Positions 42,454 to 52,355 are shown, numbered from the stretch's first letter. The stretch is 64,000 bases of DNA from an uncultured Clostridiaceae bacterium (GCA_964547525.1 CAZJOD010000002.1:2404-66403), one strand, 5' to 3'. Numbers and translations: made by a program. Notes: generated by a model not told the origin, from the letters alone.

Positions 42454-44070
42454 AGGAAGATTATTCGCTTTCAGATAACTTTCTTTACTCCTTATCAAAA
42501 AGTCGAATTTATCATCGTCTCTACCGTATATGAGACGGATCAGCTGCTGTGAATATCTTAGATCTTTCAAAGTAAGATTTACATAATCTAATCGATCATA
42601 TGATCCGTCCGGCATATATGCATACCATAAGTCGTTGTTTTCTTTCGGCCAATCAGAATAAGTATCGTCTACTGCAAGTTTTATTTTATCTCCTAAAAGC
42701 AGGTATACCGGTTTTTTTGTCTCAATGTACATTTCATATATAAAATTCATTTCGGTAACCAAATGGTTCAATGAAACATGATTAGGAAGCAATGATAAAT
42801 CCTTATCGGTGTAATCCCAAACCAAATAACCACCGTTTTCTGTCCTGAAATTGTGAGTTATAGCATAATCCACAAGAAAGTTTGCATATTTTTCAGCTGA
42901 TACCAATAATGCAGGATCCTTATGTTTTCTATACCCTCTTATTAGAAACAGTCCTACATCGGTGTTAAAACGGGTATCGTAAAAATTTTCTTTAATACCG
43001 TAATCACCGCTTAACCATTGGGATTCGGCGGTTGTAGGCCATATCCCGGTTTGATTTTGATCTTGAACGGCTACATAAAGCGCAACCTTTGACATAATGT
43101 CAAAATACTTTCCGTCGGTTCTTAAGAATTTCTCTCCGACATGATGAGCTACATTTTTATAAAAATAATCTTCTCCCGAGGGTATGTAGGATACGGGTGT
43201 AATGTAATATTGTCCGTTCATAGTCCATTTTCTGAATCGTCCGAAATCGGCAAGCTTAACAACAGCAGCCGTTTCTGCATCTGAAAAATCAACTAATAAA
43301 TCTTTTGAAAATATACCCCAGTGTTCGACAATATAGTTTTCTTCTATAAATAAATTTAATTTTATCAGTCCGTCGGAAATTTGCACAACAGAGCTTTTAT
43401 CTATCGCATCTCTTAATACTTCATTGTTTTTTTTCTCATATGCGTTAACGCAGCTTAAAACCATTGAGAAACCGTCTCCTTCGGCGTATGTGGTGTAAGG
43501 TTGTGATAACGGTACTTGCCCGGAGTCGAAAGGACCGTTTAAAACCGATGAAACGTTATCACGTCCCTTCGGGTATGAGTAATATCTGTATGTATATTGA
43601 TCTTTAACGTCAAAGTATAACTCCATTTGAAGCTCTGTAGCTGCGTCGGATAATCCCTCCATTTTAACACAATAATAAATGTCGTTTCCGTTTAGTTCGT
43701 AAAAATCGGCTATAAGAGTCCCTGATAAACGGTTTTCATAATTAACCGAATAACTGTAACGGGTATGATAAGCAACTTTGTATTCACTAAAAGTTTCACT
43801 GATCGGTGACAATGAAATTTTATCCCCGTACGCTTTAAAAAGGTTTTTAACATTTACAGACGATTCAAAAGTCGGACTTTTTGCGGTTATATTCTCAACA
43901 GAGGAAGTACCACCGGTTATATGTGGCATGGATGTAACCGAACCGGTTTCGATTGTTGTTTCCGATTCCGGGTTAAATTCGGTAGTAAGGCATGATGTGA
44001 GTGTAAAAATACTCAAGATAAATATAAATATATAAGAACCGTATTTTGAACGAAAAATTAAATGTCGCAT
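42445..44070 (-). CDS. large secreted lipoprotein of unknown function (541 aa)
   Basis: Start MRHLIF preceded by AAGGGG Shine-Dalgarno. Signal peptide with lipobox LTSC. Thr/Ser-rich linker. Aromatic-rich C-terminal domains. No diagnostic catalytic motif recognised. Confidence 0.7.
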   Translation of the reverse strand: MRHLIFRSKYGSYIFIFILSIFTLTSCLTTEFNPESETTIETGSVTSMPHITGGTSSVENITAKSPTFESSVNVKNLFKAYGDKISLSPISETFSEYKVAYHTRYSYSVNYENRLSGTLIADFYELNGNDIYYCVKMEGLSDAATELQMELYFDVKDQYTYRYYSYPKGRDNVSSVLNGPFDSGQVPLSQPYTTYAEGDGFSMVLSCVNAYEKKNNEVLRDAIDKSSVVQISDGLIKLNLFIEENYIVEHWGIFSKDLLVDFSDAETAAVVKLADFGRFRKWTMNGQYYITPVSYIPSGEDYFYKNVAHHVGEKFLRTDGKYFDIMSKVALYVAVQDQNQTGIWPTTAESQWLSGDYGIKENFYDTRFNTDVGLFLIRGYRKHKDPALLVSAEKYANFLVDYAITHNFRTENGGYLVWDYTDKDLSLLPNHVSLNHLVTEMNFIYEMYIETKKPVYLLLGDKIKLAVDDTYSDWPKENNDLWYAYMPDGSYDRLDYVNLTLKDLRYSQQLIRLIYGRDDDKFDFLIRSKESYLKANNLPLY

Positions 44071-44243
44071 AATATACCCCTTTCGCATATTATTTATTAT
44101 ACCACGACCGGAACGATTTTTTAAACGGATATGTTTGGAGTGACATGTTTTTTACCTGTAGAACTGTCGATTAATGTATTAGAATTTAACCATGCATATA
44201 TGATTTATGGTATAATCATAAAAAGATTATTATGGAGATTGTT

Positions 44244-45797
44244 ATGAAGATAGTCACACCTGAACAAATGAGCCGGTTGGATCGTTATATTATAGAAAAT
44301 TTAAAGATACCCGGTATAGTTTTAATGGAAAACGCCGCTTTAGCCGTAGCAAATAAAGCTTTGGATATGTTATCCCAAAAAACCGACACATATGTCGTGG
44401 TTTTTTGTGGTATTGGAAATAATGGTGGAGACGGATTTGCGGTAGCAAGAATACTTGAAAATAACGGTGTTAAAACAACTACCTATGTATTTGGAAATAC
44501 AGCTTCAATTAAGGGTGATGCAAAAACAAATTATGATATAAATATAAACATGAAATTGGATATCAAGCAGTACAGTGTTGATATAAAAGAACAGTGTGTT
44601 AAAGCTGTTAAAAATTCCGATTTGACTGTTGACGCTTTGTTAGGGACCGGATTTAATGGTCCTTTAAGGAACGGAATTGCAGATGCGATTTCTATAATAA
44701 ACACATATTCAAAAATGATTTTAAGTATAGATATACCGTCCGGTGTAAACGGAGCCGACGGAAGTGTTCCTCAAGATGCGGTAAGAGCCCATGAAACCGT
44801 GACGTTTTGTCTTCCTAAGATAGGATTGTGTGTGTACCCGGGACATGAATATGCGGGTAGAATCACTGTAGCAAATATTCAAATACCTAAAAATGTTGTC
44901 GAAGAACAAAATTACACCGTTCGTACCATAGACCTGCGGGAAGTTAAAGCCATGCTGCCCCGTAGACGGCCTGACGGTAATAAAGGTGATTACGGCAGAG
45001 TAATGGTAATAGGTGGTCAAAAGGGTATGACCGGCGCTGTGATTTTAGCCGCGAAAGCCGCTTACAGAACCGGAAGCGGTTTAGTGTATATTAAAACCTC
45101 TGAAGCCGACTCGCATATATATGAGACTACAGTAATAGAAGCGGTAAAGATTATTTTTGAAGATAATAAACCTGTTCATGATCAACCGGAGCACATAATA
45201 CAATTGATAAATATGCAAGATTGTTTTGTAATAGGTCCGGGGATGGGTAAAAGCTTACTCACACTGAAAACATTGGAATATTTCCTATCACTGGAAGGTA
45301 AAAATATAGTGTTGGATGCGGACGCTTTAAATGTTTTGGAGGGTAGAATCGATCTATTAAAAAACGCATGTTGTAATGTGGCGGTTACACCTCATCCCGG
45401 TGAAATGAGTCGTTTGTGTGGTATAAGTATCGAAGACATACAAAAAGACAGATTGGCGGTGGCAAAGCAATTCTCGGAGCATACGGGCGTTATTACCGTC
45501 TTAAAAGGTGCTGCAACCATTGTGACCGACCCCGGTGGAAGTGTTTTGATTAATACTACGGGATGCGGAGGAATGTCAACCGCAGGAAGCGGAGATGTAC
45601 TGGCGGGTATGATAGGATCGTTGTCCGGCCAAGGAGTTGATTTGATCAAGGCCTGTACCTTGGGGGTTTATCTTCATGGATTGGCCGGGGAATATGCCGG
45701 GAAAAAATATACTGAATACGGAATGACAGCTTCGGATATAATAGAAATGATACCTGCGGCATATATGGAGATTGGTAATAATTACTGCGAGTTGTAA
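44244..45797 (+). CDS. nnr: bifunctional NAD(P)H-hydrate repair enzyme Nnr (YjeF-N epimerase plus dehydratase)
   Basis: VVFCGIGNNGGDGFAVAR (YjeF-N). C-terminal GPGMGKS..., GSGDVLAGMIGSL. 517 aa. Confidence 0.92.
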   Translation: MKIVTPEQMSRLDRYIIENLKIPGIVLMENAALAVANKALDMLSQKTDTYVVVFCGIGNNGGDGFAVARILENNGVKTTTYVFGNTASIKGDAKTNYDININMKLDIKQYSVDIKEQCVKAVKNSDLTVDALLGTGFNGPLRNGIADAISIINTYSKMILSIDIPSGVNGADGSVPQDAVRAHETVTFCLPKIGLCVYPGHEYAGRITVANIQIPKNVVEEQNYTVRTIDLREVKAMLPRRRPDGNKGDYGRVMVIGGQKGMTGAVILAAKAAYRTGSGLVYIKTSEADSHIYETTVIEAVKIIFEDNKPVHDQPEHIIQLINMQDCFVIGPGMGKSLLTLKTLEYFLSLEGKNIVLDADALNVLEGRIDLLKNACCNVAVTPHPGEMSRLCGISIEDIQKDRLAVAKQFSEHTGVITVLKGAATIVTDPGGSVLINTTGCGGMSTAGSGDVLAGMIGSLSGQGVDLIKACTLGVYLHGLAGEYAGKKYTEYGMTASDIIEMIPAAYMEIGNNYCEL

Positions 45798-45968
45798 CAC
45801 TTTTTTTATTTGACTAAAGGTCCGTAACAAATTATAATGATATATATAACATGGGTAAGAATCCTGTTATATATTTAAAGGTGAAGTCATAATATTCGAC
45901 ATATATATAGATTAGACGAATATTGTCATCGGTATTGAATTGATTTTATAATTGAAAGAGGGATCAGA

Positions 45969-46256
45969 ATGTCTAAGACAAAGAGAATTAATATATCATT
46001 GCCTGAAGATATGCTAAAGGAAATTGATAATGCCGTGCAAAACGCAAAAACCGGCAGAAGTCGTTTCTTTAGGCAAGCGGTAAGGTATTATTTGACTAAA
46101 GGTTACATCCATAACTTGCGGGGGCAGATGGTAAAGGGCTATGGTGAAATGGGTAACATTAATCTTGATATTGCCGAAAATTGGTTATGTGCCGATAACG
46201 CTCAAGCCGAGAGGTCGGAAATGCTTTTAAGGGAGATGGAGATGAGTGATAATTAA
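45969..46256 (+). CDS. ndoAI: MazE/NdoAI-family antitoxin (ribbon-helix-helix)
   Basis: [23 protein letters not shown]...[27 protein letters not shown] resembles B. subtilis EndoAI. Overlaps the toxin gene by 11 nt. TTGACT-17-TATAAT promoter upstream. Confidence 0.85.
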   Translation: MSKTKRINISLPEDMLKEIDNAVQNAKTGRSRFFRQAVRYYLTKGYIHNLRGQMVKGYGEMGNINLDIAENWLCADNAQAERSEMLLREMEMSDN

Positions 46257-46596
46257 ACGGGGAGATGTCTATTACGCCGATCTTAGCCCTGTTATAGGTT
46301 CTGAACAAGGAGGCGTTAGACCTGTATTGATAATTCAAAATGATGTAGGTAATAAATACAGTCCGACTGTGATCGTCGCAGCGATTACATCAAGAATAAA
46401 CAAGGCGAAAATGCCTACACATTTTGAATTATCCACCAAAGAAATAGGACTTAGCAAGGATTCGGTAGTTCTACTTGAACAAGTAAGAACCATTGACAAA
46501 AGGAGACTAAGAGAAAAAATAGGACAAATAAGTGAAAATAACATGTATAAAATTAATCAGGCGTTGATGATAAGTCTGGGACTTGTAGATATATAG
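46246..46596 (+). CDS. ndoA: MazF/PemK-family mRNA interferase toxin (EndoA)
   Basis: [47 protein letters not shown] is almost canonical EndoA/MazF. Confidence 0.9.
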   Translation: MIIKRGDVYYADLSPVIGSEQGGVRPVLIIQNDVGNKYSPTVIVAAITSRINKAKMPTHFELSTKEIGLSKDSVVLLEQVRTIDKRRLREKIGQISENNMYKINQALMISLGLVDI

Positions 46597-46768
46597 TACA
46601 TACAAAGTTTGCAAGACTGCTTTAAAATATCCGCTTGATAACCGGTATCAGTGTACCGTAAAACCGGGGAGATTACCGCTCCGATGTTTTATTTAATATA
46701 GAGGCAAAAAGCAGGTATCGTTTTTCCCAATTGGAAGAACAAGTAATTTTTTTATTTAGGGGGTCAAA

Positions 46769-47401
46769 ATGTATTTCAAGAAAGAGAAAACTAAGAAAAA
46801 CATCATTGCTTTGACAGCGGTATTGTGTGCGTTTATAGTATTTGGTTCGTTGGTCAGTGCAACTACACCGAACAATATTATCGTCGCAAGTGTTAACTAC
46901 GTGGATCAGAAAATTGATCAACTCACACAAAAGATAAATCAATTGGAGGCTAGAATCGGATCATCTTCCGGAACAAGTACCGGTGGTTCATATAATCCTA
47001 CAAATCCCACTATGCCGTCAAATGCCGTAGAAAGATTGGACAAGCTGGAAAAAGCCGTTGATCTTCTGAAAAACAGATTAAATAATCATGATCTCTTAAT
47101 GGTTAACCTTTCTGAGGCAAGCCAATATAAGGTTATTGTTTTGGAAAAAGGTCAAAAGCTTATGGCCGGAGGTGTTGTGGAGTTGATTGTAAGAAGTGGT
47201 ATATGTACGGCCATACAAGGTGATAATGGTGACGGTATTGCAGATATGACATCAGGTGACGGAAAAGATTATTATACAGGTGACAAATTACCTATAAACC
47301 ATTACCTTCTAATTTCAAGAGGTGACGGTAGAGGCGTTACAGCTGTAAGTGATGCCGTTTATTTGATGGTAAAAGGATCATACAGCATATATCTACCGTA
47401 A
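46769..47401 (+). CDS. hypothetical membrane-anchored protein (N-terminal TM, coiled coils, S/G/T/P linker, C-terminal beta-rich domain)
   Basis: GGGGG Shine-Dalgarno. TM ALTAVLCAFIVFGSLV. Heptad-like QKIDQLTQKINQLEARIG and VERLDKLEKAVDLLKNRL. Confidence 0.6.
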   Translation: MYFKKEKTKKNIIALTAVLCAFIVFGSLVSATTPNNIIVASVNYVDQKIDQLTQKINQLEARIGSSSGTSTGGSYNPTNPTMPSNAVERLDKLEKAVDLLKNRLNNHDLLMVNLSEASQYKVIVLEKGQKLMAGGVVELIVRSGICTAIQGDNGDGIADMTSGDGKDYYTGDKLPINHYLLISRGDGRGVTAVSDAVYLMVKGSYSIYLP

Positions 47402-47567
47402 AATATCGGGTTAAGAGCACACTTTAGTTTAAATAAATTTAAATATCTTTGTTATAGGGAAAAATTACCGTTTTATAAGCGATTAAGATATTAAAAGCCA
47501 TATATTTAACCAATTTCGGGATAAAATTTTTAAAGTAAATGGACGGTTATAGGGAGCATAAAATGTT

Positions 47568-47602
47568 CCCTTTTTTGCGCAAAAAAAAGGGGTGTGAACC
47601 CC
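47568..47602. terminator. palindrome plus hairpin between convergent genes (a proper terminator when read on the minus strand)
   Basis: CCCTTTTTTGCGCAAAAAAAAGGG palindrome overlapping GGGGTGTGAACCCC. The minus-strand reading is followed by a T8 run. Confidence 0.6.
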
Positions 47603-47696
47603 TCGTTTAACTATAGTTGCCTATTTGTTAAGTCACACTTGACAAATTATAATTAAACTGCAGACTGTAGTCCTTAAGCTTAATTATGTATGTCAA

Positions 47697-48167
47697 TTAA
47701 AGCTTTGTTCCGCAGCTAATGCAAAATGCGGAATCGGAAGGTGATTCGGTGTTACATGCCGGACAAACTTTTGTGCCGGCTTCACCTTGAGGTGCTTGAG
47801 GAGCAGCCACTGTAAACTTATGGCCGCATTTCGGACAGAATTGAACATCTCTCAAAGATTCTGTACCGCAATCAGGACATTTTTTGATATTTTTTATTTC
47901 TAAAATTTGTTCTTTGAATACGGCGATTGCATCTTCAGCCATTTTAATAATTTGACAGTTATCAGCAAACAAATCGTCTATTTCACCGCTTTGTTTATAA
48001 AGGTCGTAAACCTTCATCCCCAAATTAGTGTAAGCTTGTTGAATTTTTTTAGTTTCATCCGCAATCGATTTGTTTAATTTTGCGACTGCAGCCAATTCAT
48101 CAGTCTTGCTTTTTACGCCTTGTGCCGCTTCTCCCACTTTCTTACCAAGGTTTTGAAAAAATGACAT
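47697..48167 (-). CDS. double zinc-ribbon protein with N-terminal helical domain
   Basis: CPDCGTE...CPKCGHKF and CPACNTE...CISCGTKL. 156 aa. GGAGGAAATAGAAATG Shine-Dalgarno. Confidence 0.65.
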   Translation of the reverse strand: MSFFQNLGKKVGEAAQGVKSKTDELAAVAKLNKSIADETKKIQQAYTNLGMKVYDLYKQSGEIDDLFADNCQIIKMAEDAIAVFKEQILEIKNIKKCPDCGTESLRDVQFCPKCGHKFTVAAPQAPQGEAGTKVCPACNTESPSDSAFCISCGTKL

Positions 48168-48192
48168 TTCTATTTCCTCCGTTCTATATTTA

Positions 48193-48567
48193 TTAGCTGT
48201 TAAGCTTTATCTCTCCGATTTTTCTAAATACAATATAACCTAAAAATGCAAATAACAATAATGCAACCAGATTGGACCAGTTGAAAAAGAATAACAAGGA
48301 AACGAGTCTGGTAAAAGCAAATCCCCATAATCCTATAAGAAGGTATGTGTTAAGGTAATTTACATAGCATAACAATAGCGAAAACAGGAATAAGTAATAA
48401 ACTAATGCATATATAAACCCGCCTAAAGATATTGTGAAGGCATAAAGCAACAAAACCACTAAAGATACTCCCATGACATATACACTGTAATTATTAATTT
48501 TTGATACCCATGGAATACTTAACAATAATTCTTTTAAATCGGAACCGATTCTTTTATAGTAATCCAT
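48193..48567 (-). CDS. small multi-TM membrane protein co-transcribed with the zinc-ribbon gene
   Basis: Start MDYYKRIG preceded by AGGAGG. Three or four hydrophobic helices. The tool ORF to 48648 is an upstream extension containing the Shine-Dalgarno. Confidence 0.55.
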   Translation of the reverse strand: MDYYKRIGSDLKELLLSIPWVSKINNYSVYVMGVSLVVLLLYAFTISLGGFIYALVYYLFLFSLLLCYVNYLNTYLLIGLWGFAFTRLVSLLFFFNWSNLVALLLFAFLGYIVFRKIGEIKLNS

Positions 48568-48721
48568 AATTAACACTCCTCCTGTAAAATATAATCCGAT
48601 ATGTTTATTATATGCCATAAAATTTTGTAATTCAATATATATTACCATGTTTTTTTAATTATTTAACATTCCTTTTTATGTATGATATAATTGTATTTAT
48701 TCATGAACAGAGGTGTAAAAG

Positions 48722-49345
48722 ATGGCTGAAGTTTATAAACACGTTCCTAAAACAAATTTGGAGGATATAGTGCAGTGTGGATTGAAATTAACTCAATGGG
48801 GGCTGATAACGTGCAAAATAGCGGGTTTTGAGACTCGGTTCATCCCGGCGTATTTGAATCCGAAGGACGATGACAGTTTTTACGGGCGAGAAGATTATAC
48901 CTGTTTGAGAATACAAATACCCAATGATTACTGTAAAATAGGAAATTATTTCCTGTATAATGACCAAAATGAATTACTTAACGACTTGTTTGTACAATCT
49001 ATAATACCGGTGCAAAAATATATATTTGGAAACTACAGAAAACCTATTTGTTTGATAAGCAGAACTGTTCAGGGAGAAGAAATAAGTATCACTGATAAAG
49101 TAAGGGATTATCCTATTTTAGTGGACAATTCGGTGGAACTGTACTTAAACAACTTGATTGCCGATAAATCCGAAGAAGATATGTCTTGGCTTGACGCGGT
49201 ATTGTACGCATATTATAGTGACTTGGCCGACAAAGGTATAATTGTGAAAGTGGAATGTGAAGCATTGGGAATAAGTGTCTTTATAAATAAAGATAAAAAA
49301 ATGGTTACATTAAAAATACCGGCTATGGAGGAATTGAGATTCTAA
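48722..49345 (+). CDS. hypothetical cytoplasmic protein, 207 aa, translationally coupled to birA
   Basis: No recognisable motif. Stop at 49345 and the birA ATG at 49349. Confidence 0.55.
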   Translation: MAEVYKHVPKTNLEDIVQCGLKLTQWGLITCKIAGFETRFIPAYLNPKDDDSFYGREDYTCLRIQIPNDYCKIGNYFLYNDQNELLNDLFVQSIIPVQKYIFGNYRKPICLISRTVQGEEISITDKVRDYPILVDNSVELYLNNLIADKSEEDMSWLDAVLYAYYSDLADKGIIVKVECEALGISVFINKDKKMVTLKIPAMEELRF

Positions 49346-49348
49346 TCG

Positions 49349-50329
49349 ATGAAAAATGAAAAAAATAATATAAAGGCAATGATTTTGGATTTATTGGAAA
49401 ACCATACTGAAGGTTATTTGTCAGGGGAATATATAGGTCAAGAACTCGGTGTTTCAAGAAGTGCCGTTTGGAAACATATTAAGGAGCTTAAAAGTACCGG
49501 TTATACAATACAATCCGTGTCAAATAAAGGGTACCGGATGGTAAAGCAAAATTCCGTATACAGCAGATACGAAATATTGAAAAGGGTTGAAAATCATATA
49601 AATATAATCTTCCTAGATGAAATTGACTCAACAAACGAATATGCAAAAAGAATGGCTATGGAGAAAAGTTTTGAGGAAACTGCTATTATTGCTTTATCTC
49701 AGATAAAAGGTAAAGGTCGCTTAGGTAGGAGATGGGAAGCTTCCACCGGATTAGGTATATGGATGTCGGTTTTATTGAAGCCACGGTTGTCGGCTGCGGA
49801 TATGGGACTTGTCACTTTAGCTTGTGCGTGTGCTGTTTGTGAGACATTAAAAAATAAAGGTTTTGATGCAGGAATAAAATGGCCTAACGACATTTTAATA
49901 AATGACAAGAAAGTTTGTGGTATTCTTACCGAAACCGGTTTTGAGGAAACCCGTATATGTTATGTTATACTGGGTATAGGACTAAATGTTTTACATTCTT
50001 CGGATGATTTTAGTAATGAAATCAGAGAAAAATCCACATCTCTTATGATAGAATGCGGATGTCGTATCTGTATGTCCGAAATAGCCGCAAATACTTTGGA
50101 TAGAATATTAAAATATTACACTCTTTTATGTGAAGGGCAAAAAGATCAAATCATAAGTAGCTGGAAGAAATACTCTGTCACACTAGGGCGCAAAATATTC
50201 ACCACCGTGAACGGGGATAAGGATCTTGTTACGGCTTTAGATATAAGGTCGGACGGTGCGTTGAAGGTTAAAAGAGAAGACGGTAGCATAGATTATATCG
50301 TATCCGGAGAGATACTTTTTAAGGCTTGA
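49349..50329 (+). CDS. birA: bifunctional biotin-[acetyl-CoA-carboxylase] ligase / biotin operon repressor
   Basis: N-terminal winged HTH (LSGEYIGQELGVSRSAVWKHIKELKSTGYTI). BPL domain GKGRLGRRWEASTG. Confidence 0.92.
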   Translation: MKNEKNNIKAMILDLLENHTEGYLSGEYIGQELGVSRSAVWKHIKELKSTGYTIQSVSNKGYRMVKQNSVYSRYEILKRVENHINIIFLDEIDSTNEYAKRMAMEKSFEETAIIALSQIKGKGRLGRRWEASTGLGIWMSVLLKPRLSAADMGLVTLACACAVCETLKNKGFDAGIKWPNDILINDKKVCGILTETGFEETRICYVILGIGLNVLHSSDDFSNEIREKSTSLMIECGCRICMSEIAANTLDRILKYYTLLCEGQKDQIISSWKKYSVTLGRKIFTTVNGDKDLVTALDIRSDGALKVKREDGSIDYIVSGEILFKA

Positions 50330-50365
50330 CATAACGATTACTGTATTTGGACAGTCAAATTACTT

Positions 50366-50395
50366 TTGCACAGCTTATCGGGGTTGTGCTATAAT
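50366..50395 (+). promoter_or_regulatory. strong sigma-A type promoter for the 50423 small gene
   Basis: TTGCAC, 18-bp spacer, then TATAAT. Confidence 0.55.
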
Positions 50396-50422
50396 ACACA
50401 TAATATGATTCGGGAGGAAAAT

Positions 50423-50767
50423 ATGCAAAACGTTGATTCCAATAAAAAAGAAGAAAATAGAAGTGGAAATAATAGAATTAATAACCGTAATAATAGAAAT
50501 CATAATAATAGAAGACAAGAAAACAGAGGACAGAACAAACAAGAAAACAAAGAACTAAATAAAGAACAAAACAAACAAGAGAATAAACAAAAGGCTGCAC
50601 CTTTTAATAAACCCGGAAAACCTAAACCGCCCAGAAGGGATAAATTCCCCAAATATAACAGGAAGGTTATGCCAGGGGAGACCATTGAAGATATCACAAA
50701 AGATATCCAACGTATAGAAAAAGAAATTGAATTAGAAATTGAGGAAATATCCAATCAGGTTTTATAA
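50423..50767 (+). CDS. low-complexity small protein (114 aa): Asn/Arg/Lys/Gln-rich repetitive N-terminus, proline-basic centre, acidic helical C-terminus
   Basis: GGGAGG Shine-Dalgarno 5 nt upstream. NNRNNRNHNNRRQENRGQNKQENKELNKEQNKQENKQK...PGKPKPPRRDKFPKYNRK...IEDITKDIQRIEKEIELEIEEI. Confidence 0.6.
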   Translation: MQNVDSNKKEENRSGNNRINNRNNRNHNNRRQENRGQNKQENKELNKEQNKQENKQKAAPFNKPGKPKPPRRDKFPKYNRKVMPGETIEDITKDIQRIEKEIELEIEEISNQVL

Positions 50768-50933
50768 GGTGGATTATTTATGATTTTAGCTTTTGGCCTA
50801 CCAAATACCAATACGATTTTTACATTGCGTAAAAACAACAACCTTTTGCATAAACGGCGCATCGCTATCGTTAAAAAACGTGTTTGGGATGAATACGGTA
50901 TGTTTTATATATCAATTTATAATATGAAAAATA

Positions 50934-52355
50934 ATGAGTGACATTTTAAAAAATTTACATGTTTACAATGCCGTTTTAGACTATGCCCAATCCGATCCGG
51001 TTATTTTTCATATGCCCGGTCATAAAGCGGGAAGCGGGATACCGGAAGAATTACGAAAATTTTTATTAAAGTTCGATGTAACCGAGATACCGGAAATGGA
51101 CAATCTGTATAAACCCGAAGGTATATTGAAAAAAGCGATGAAAGCTTGTGCAGATTACTTCGATGTAAAAAGAACATTGTTTTCCGTTAATGGATCCACC
51201 GCATGTATTCATGCGGCTTTACAAACGGTTATAGAAGACAGGGGCGGGTTGATAATGGCAAGAGATTGTCATAAATCGGTTTATAACAAGGTGATTATGA
51301 GCAACTATACACCTTATTATATTCCCGTTGAGTTCGATGGAAAAATGAGGATGCCTTCTGTTCCCGATTCCGATAAAGTAGGAGAGATCATGGACGAAAC
51401 AGCAGTCAGGACTGTGATTATAACTCATCCGAATTATTACGGAATGTGCTGTGATGTAACGTCAATAGCTGAAACTGTTCATAATAAAGGCGGTATTTTA
51501 ATAGTTGACGAAGCACACGGAGCTCATTTTAAATTCTCGGATTCTCTGCCCGGATCGGCTATTGACTGTGGAGCCGATATAGTAATACAAAGCGCACACA
51601 AAACGTTACCGGTCATAAATCAAGGGGCGTATTTACATGTATGTAGCGATAGAGTCGATATTGAAAAATTAAATTATACTCTTTCTATGATTCAAACATC
51701 CAGTCCGTCATACATTATAATGTGCCTGCTGGAATTTGCAGCAACATATTTGCATGAATATGGAAATATATTATATAATGAATTAAATCGAAAAATAAAT
51801 ACTTTATGTGAAACATTACAGGAGTCTTCCGATATAAGAATAAAAACCGGCCTTTGTAAAAATGCTATTGAAAAAGACGGAACCAGAATTATAATTGATG
51901 CTTGTAAAGCGGGTTTCACGGGTTTTGAACTTGAAAAATATCTCAAACAGAGTTATAATATAAATATAGAAGCGGCCGATTTGTTCAATGTACTGCTTAT
52001 CGCTACTATAAGTGACCCGAATAATTATTATCATTGTTTATATAAAGCATTGAAAGGAAACGCTAAATTCGGATTTGACAACAGTTATGCCGGATTTGAT
52101 CCGAAATGCGATTTGCCTGAACGGCAAATGTTGCCGTGTGAAGCGGTTAAGAGGAATAAAATGACGGTACCTCTTGATAAAGCAATAGGGTATGTGGTAA
52201 TAAAATCTGTTATTCCTTATCCGCCCGGAGTTCCTCTTATAGTACCCGGAGAAATTGTCACAGAACGCGTTTTAAATGAGATTAGGGCTGTAATAAAATG
52301 CGGTGGTTTCATTGAAGGCTTAACAGACAAATTGTATATGGAAGTGGTAAAATAA
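50934..52355 (+). CDS. Orn/Lys/Arg decarboxylase major-domain family protein (B. subtilis YaaO/SpeA-like)
   Basis: VIFHMPGHKAG...SAHKTLP (PLP lysine). 473 aa. Sits in the yaaO-tmk context. Confidence 0.85.
   Translation: MSDILKNLHVYNAVLDYAQSDPVIFHMPGHKAGSGIPEELRKFLLKFDVTEIPEMDNLYKPEGILKKAMKACADYFDVKRTLFSVNGSTACIHAALQTVIEDRGGLIMARDCHKSVYNKVIMSNYTPYYIPVEFDGKMRMPSVPDSDKVGEIMDETAVRTVIITHPNYYGMCCDVTSIAETVHNKGGILIVDEAHGAHFKFSDSLPGSAIDCGADIVIQSAHKTLPVINQGAYLHVCSDRVDIEKLNYTLSMIQTSSPSYIIMCLLEFAATYLHEYGNILYNELNRKINTLCETLQESSDIRIKTGLCKNAIEKDGTRIIIDACKAGFTGFELEKYLKQSYNINIEAADLFNVLLIATISDPNNYYHCLYKALKGNAKFGFDNSYAGFDPKCDLPERQMLPCEAVKRNKMTVPLDKAIGYVVIKSVIPYPPGVPLIVPGEIVTERVLNEIRAVIKCGGFIEGLTDKLYMEVVK

Noticed and set aside
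50768-50933. Considered a lysine riboswitch upstream of the Orn/Lys/Arg decarboxylase
   Set aside because: The region is too short and lacks the conserved L-box helices. An A/T-rich promoter-like sequence ends about 7 nt before the ATG, suggesting a near-leaderless mRNA.
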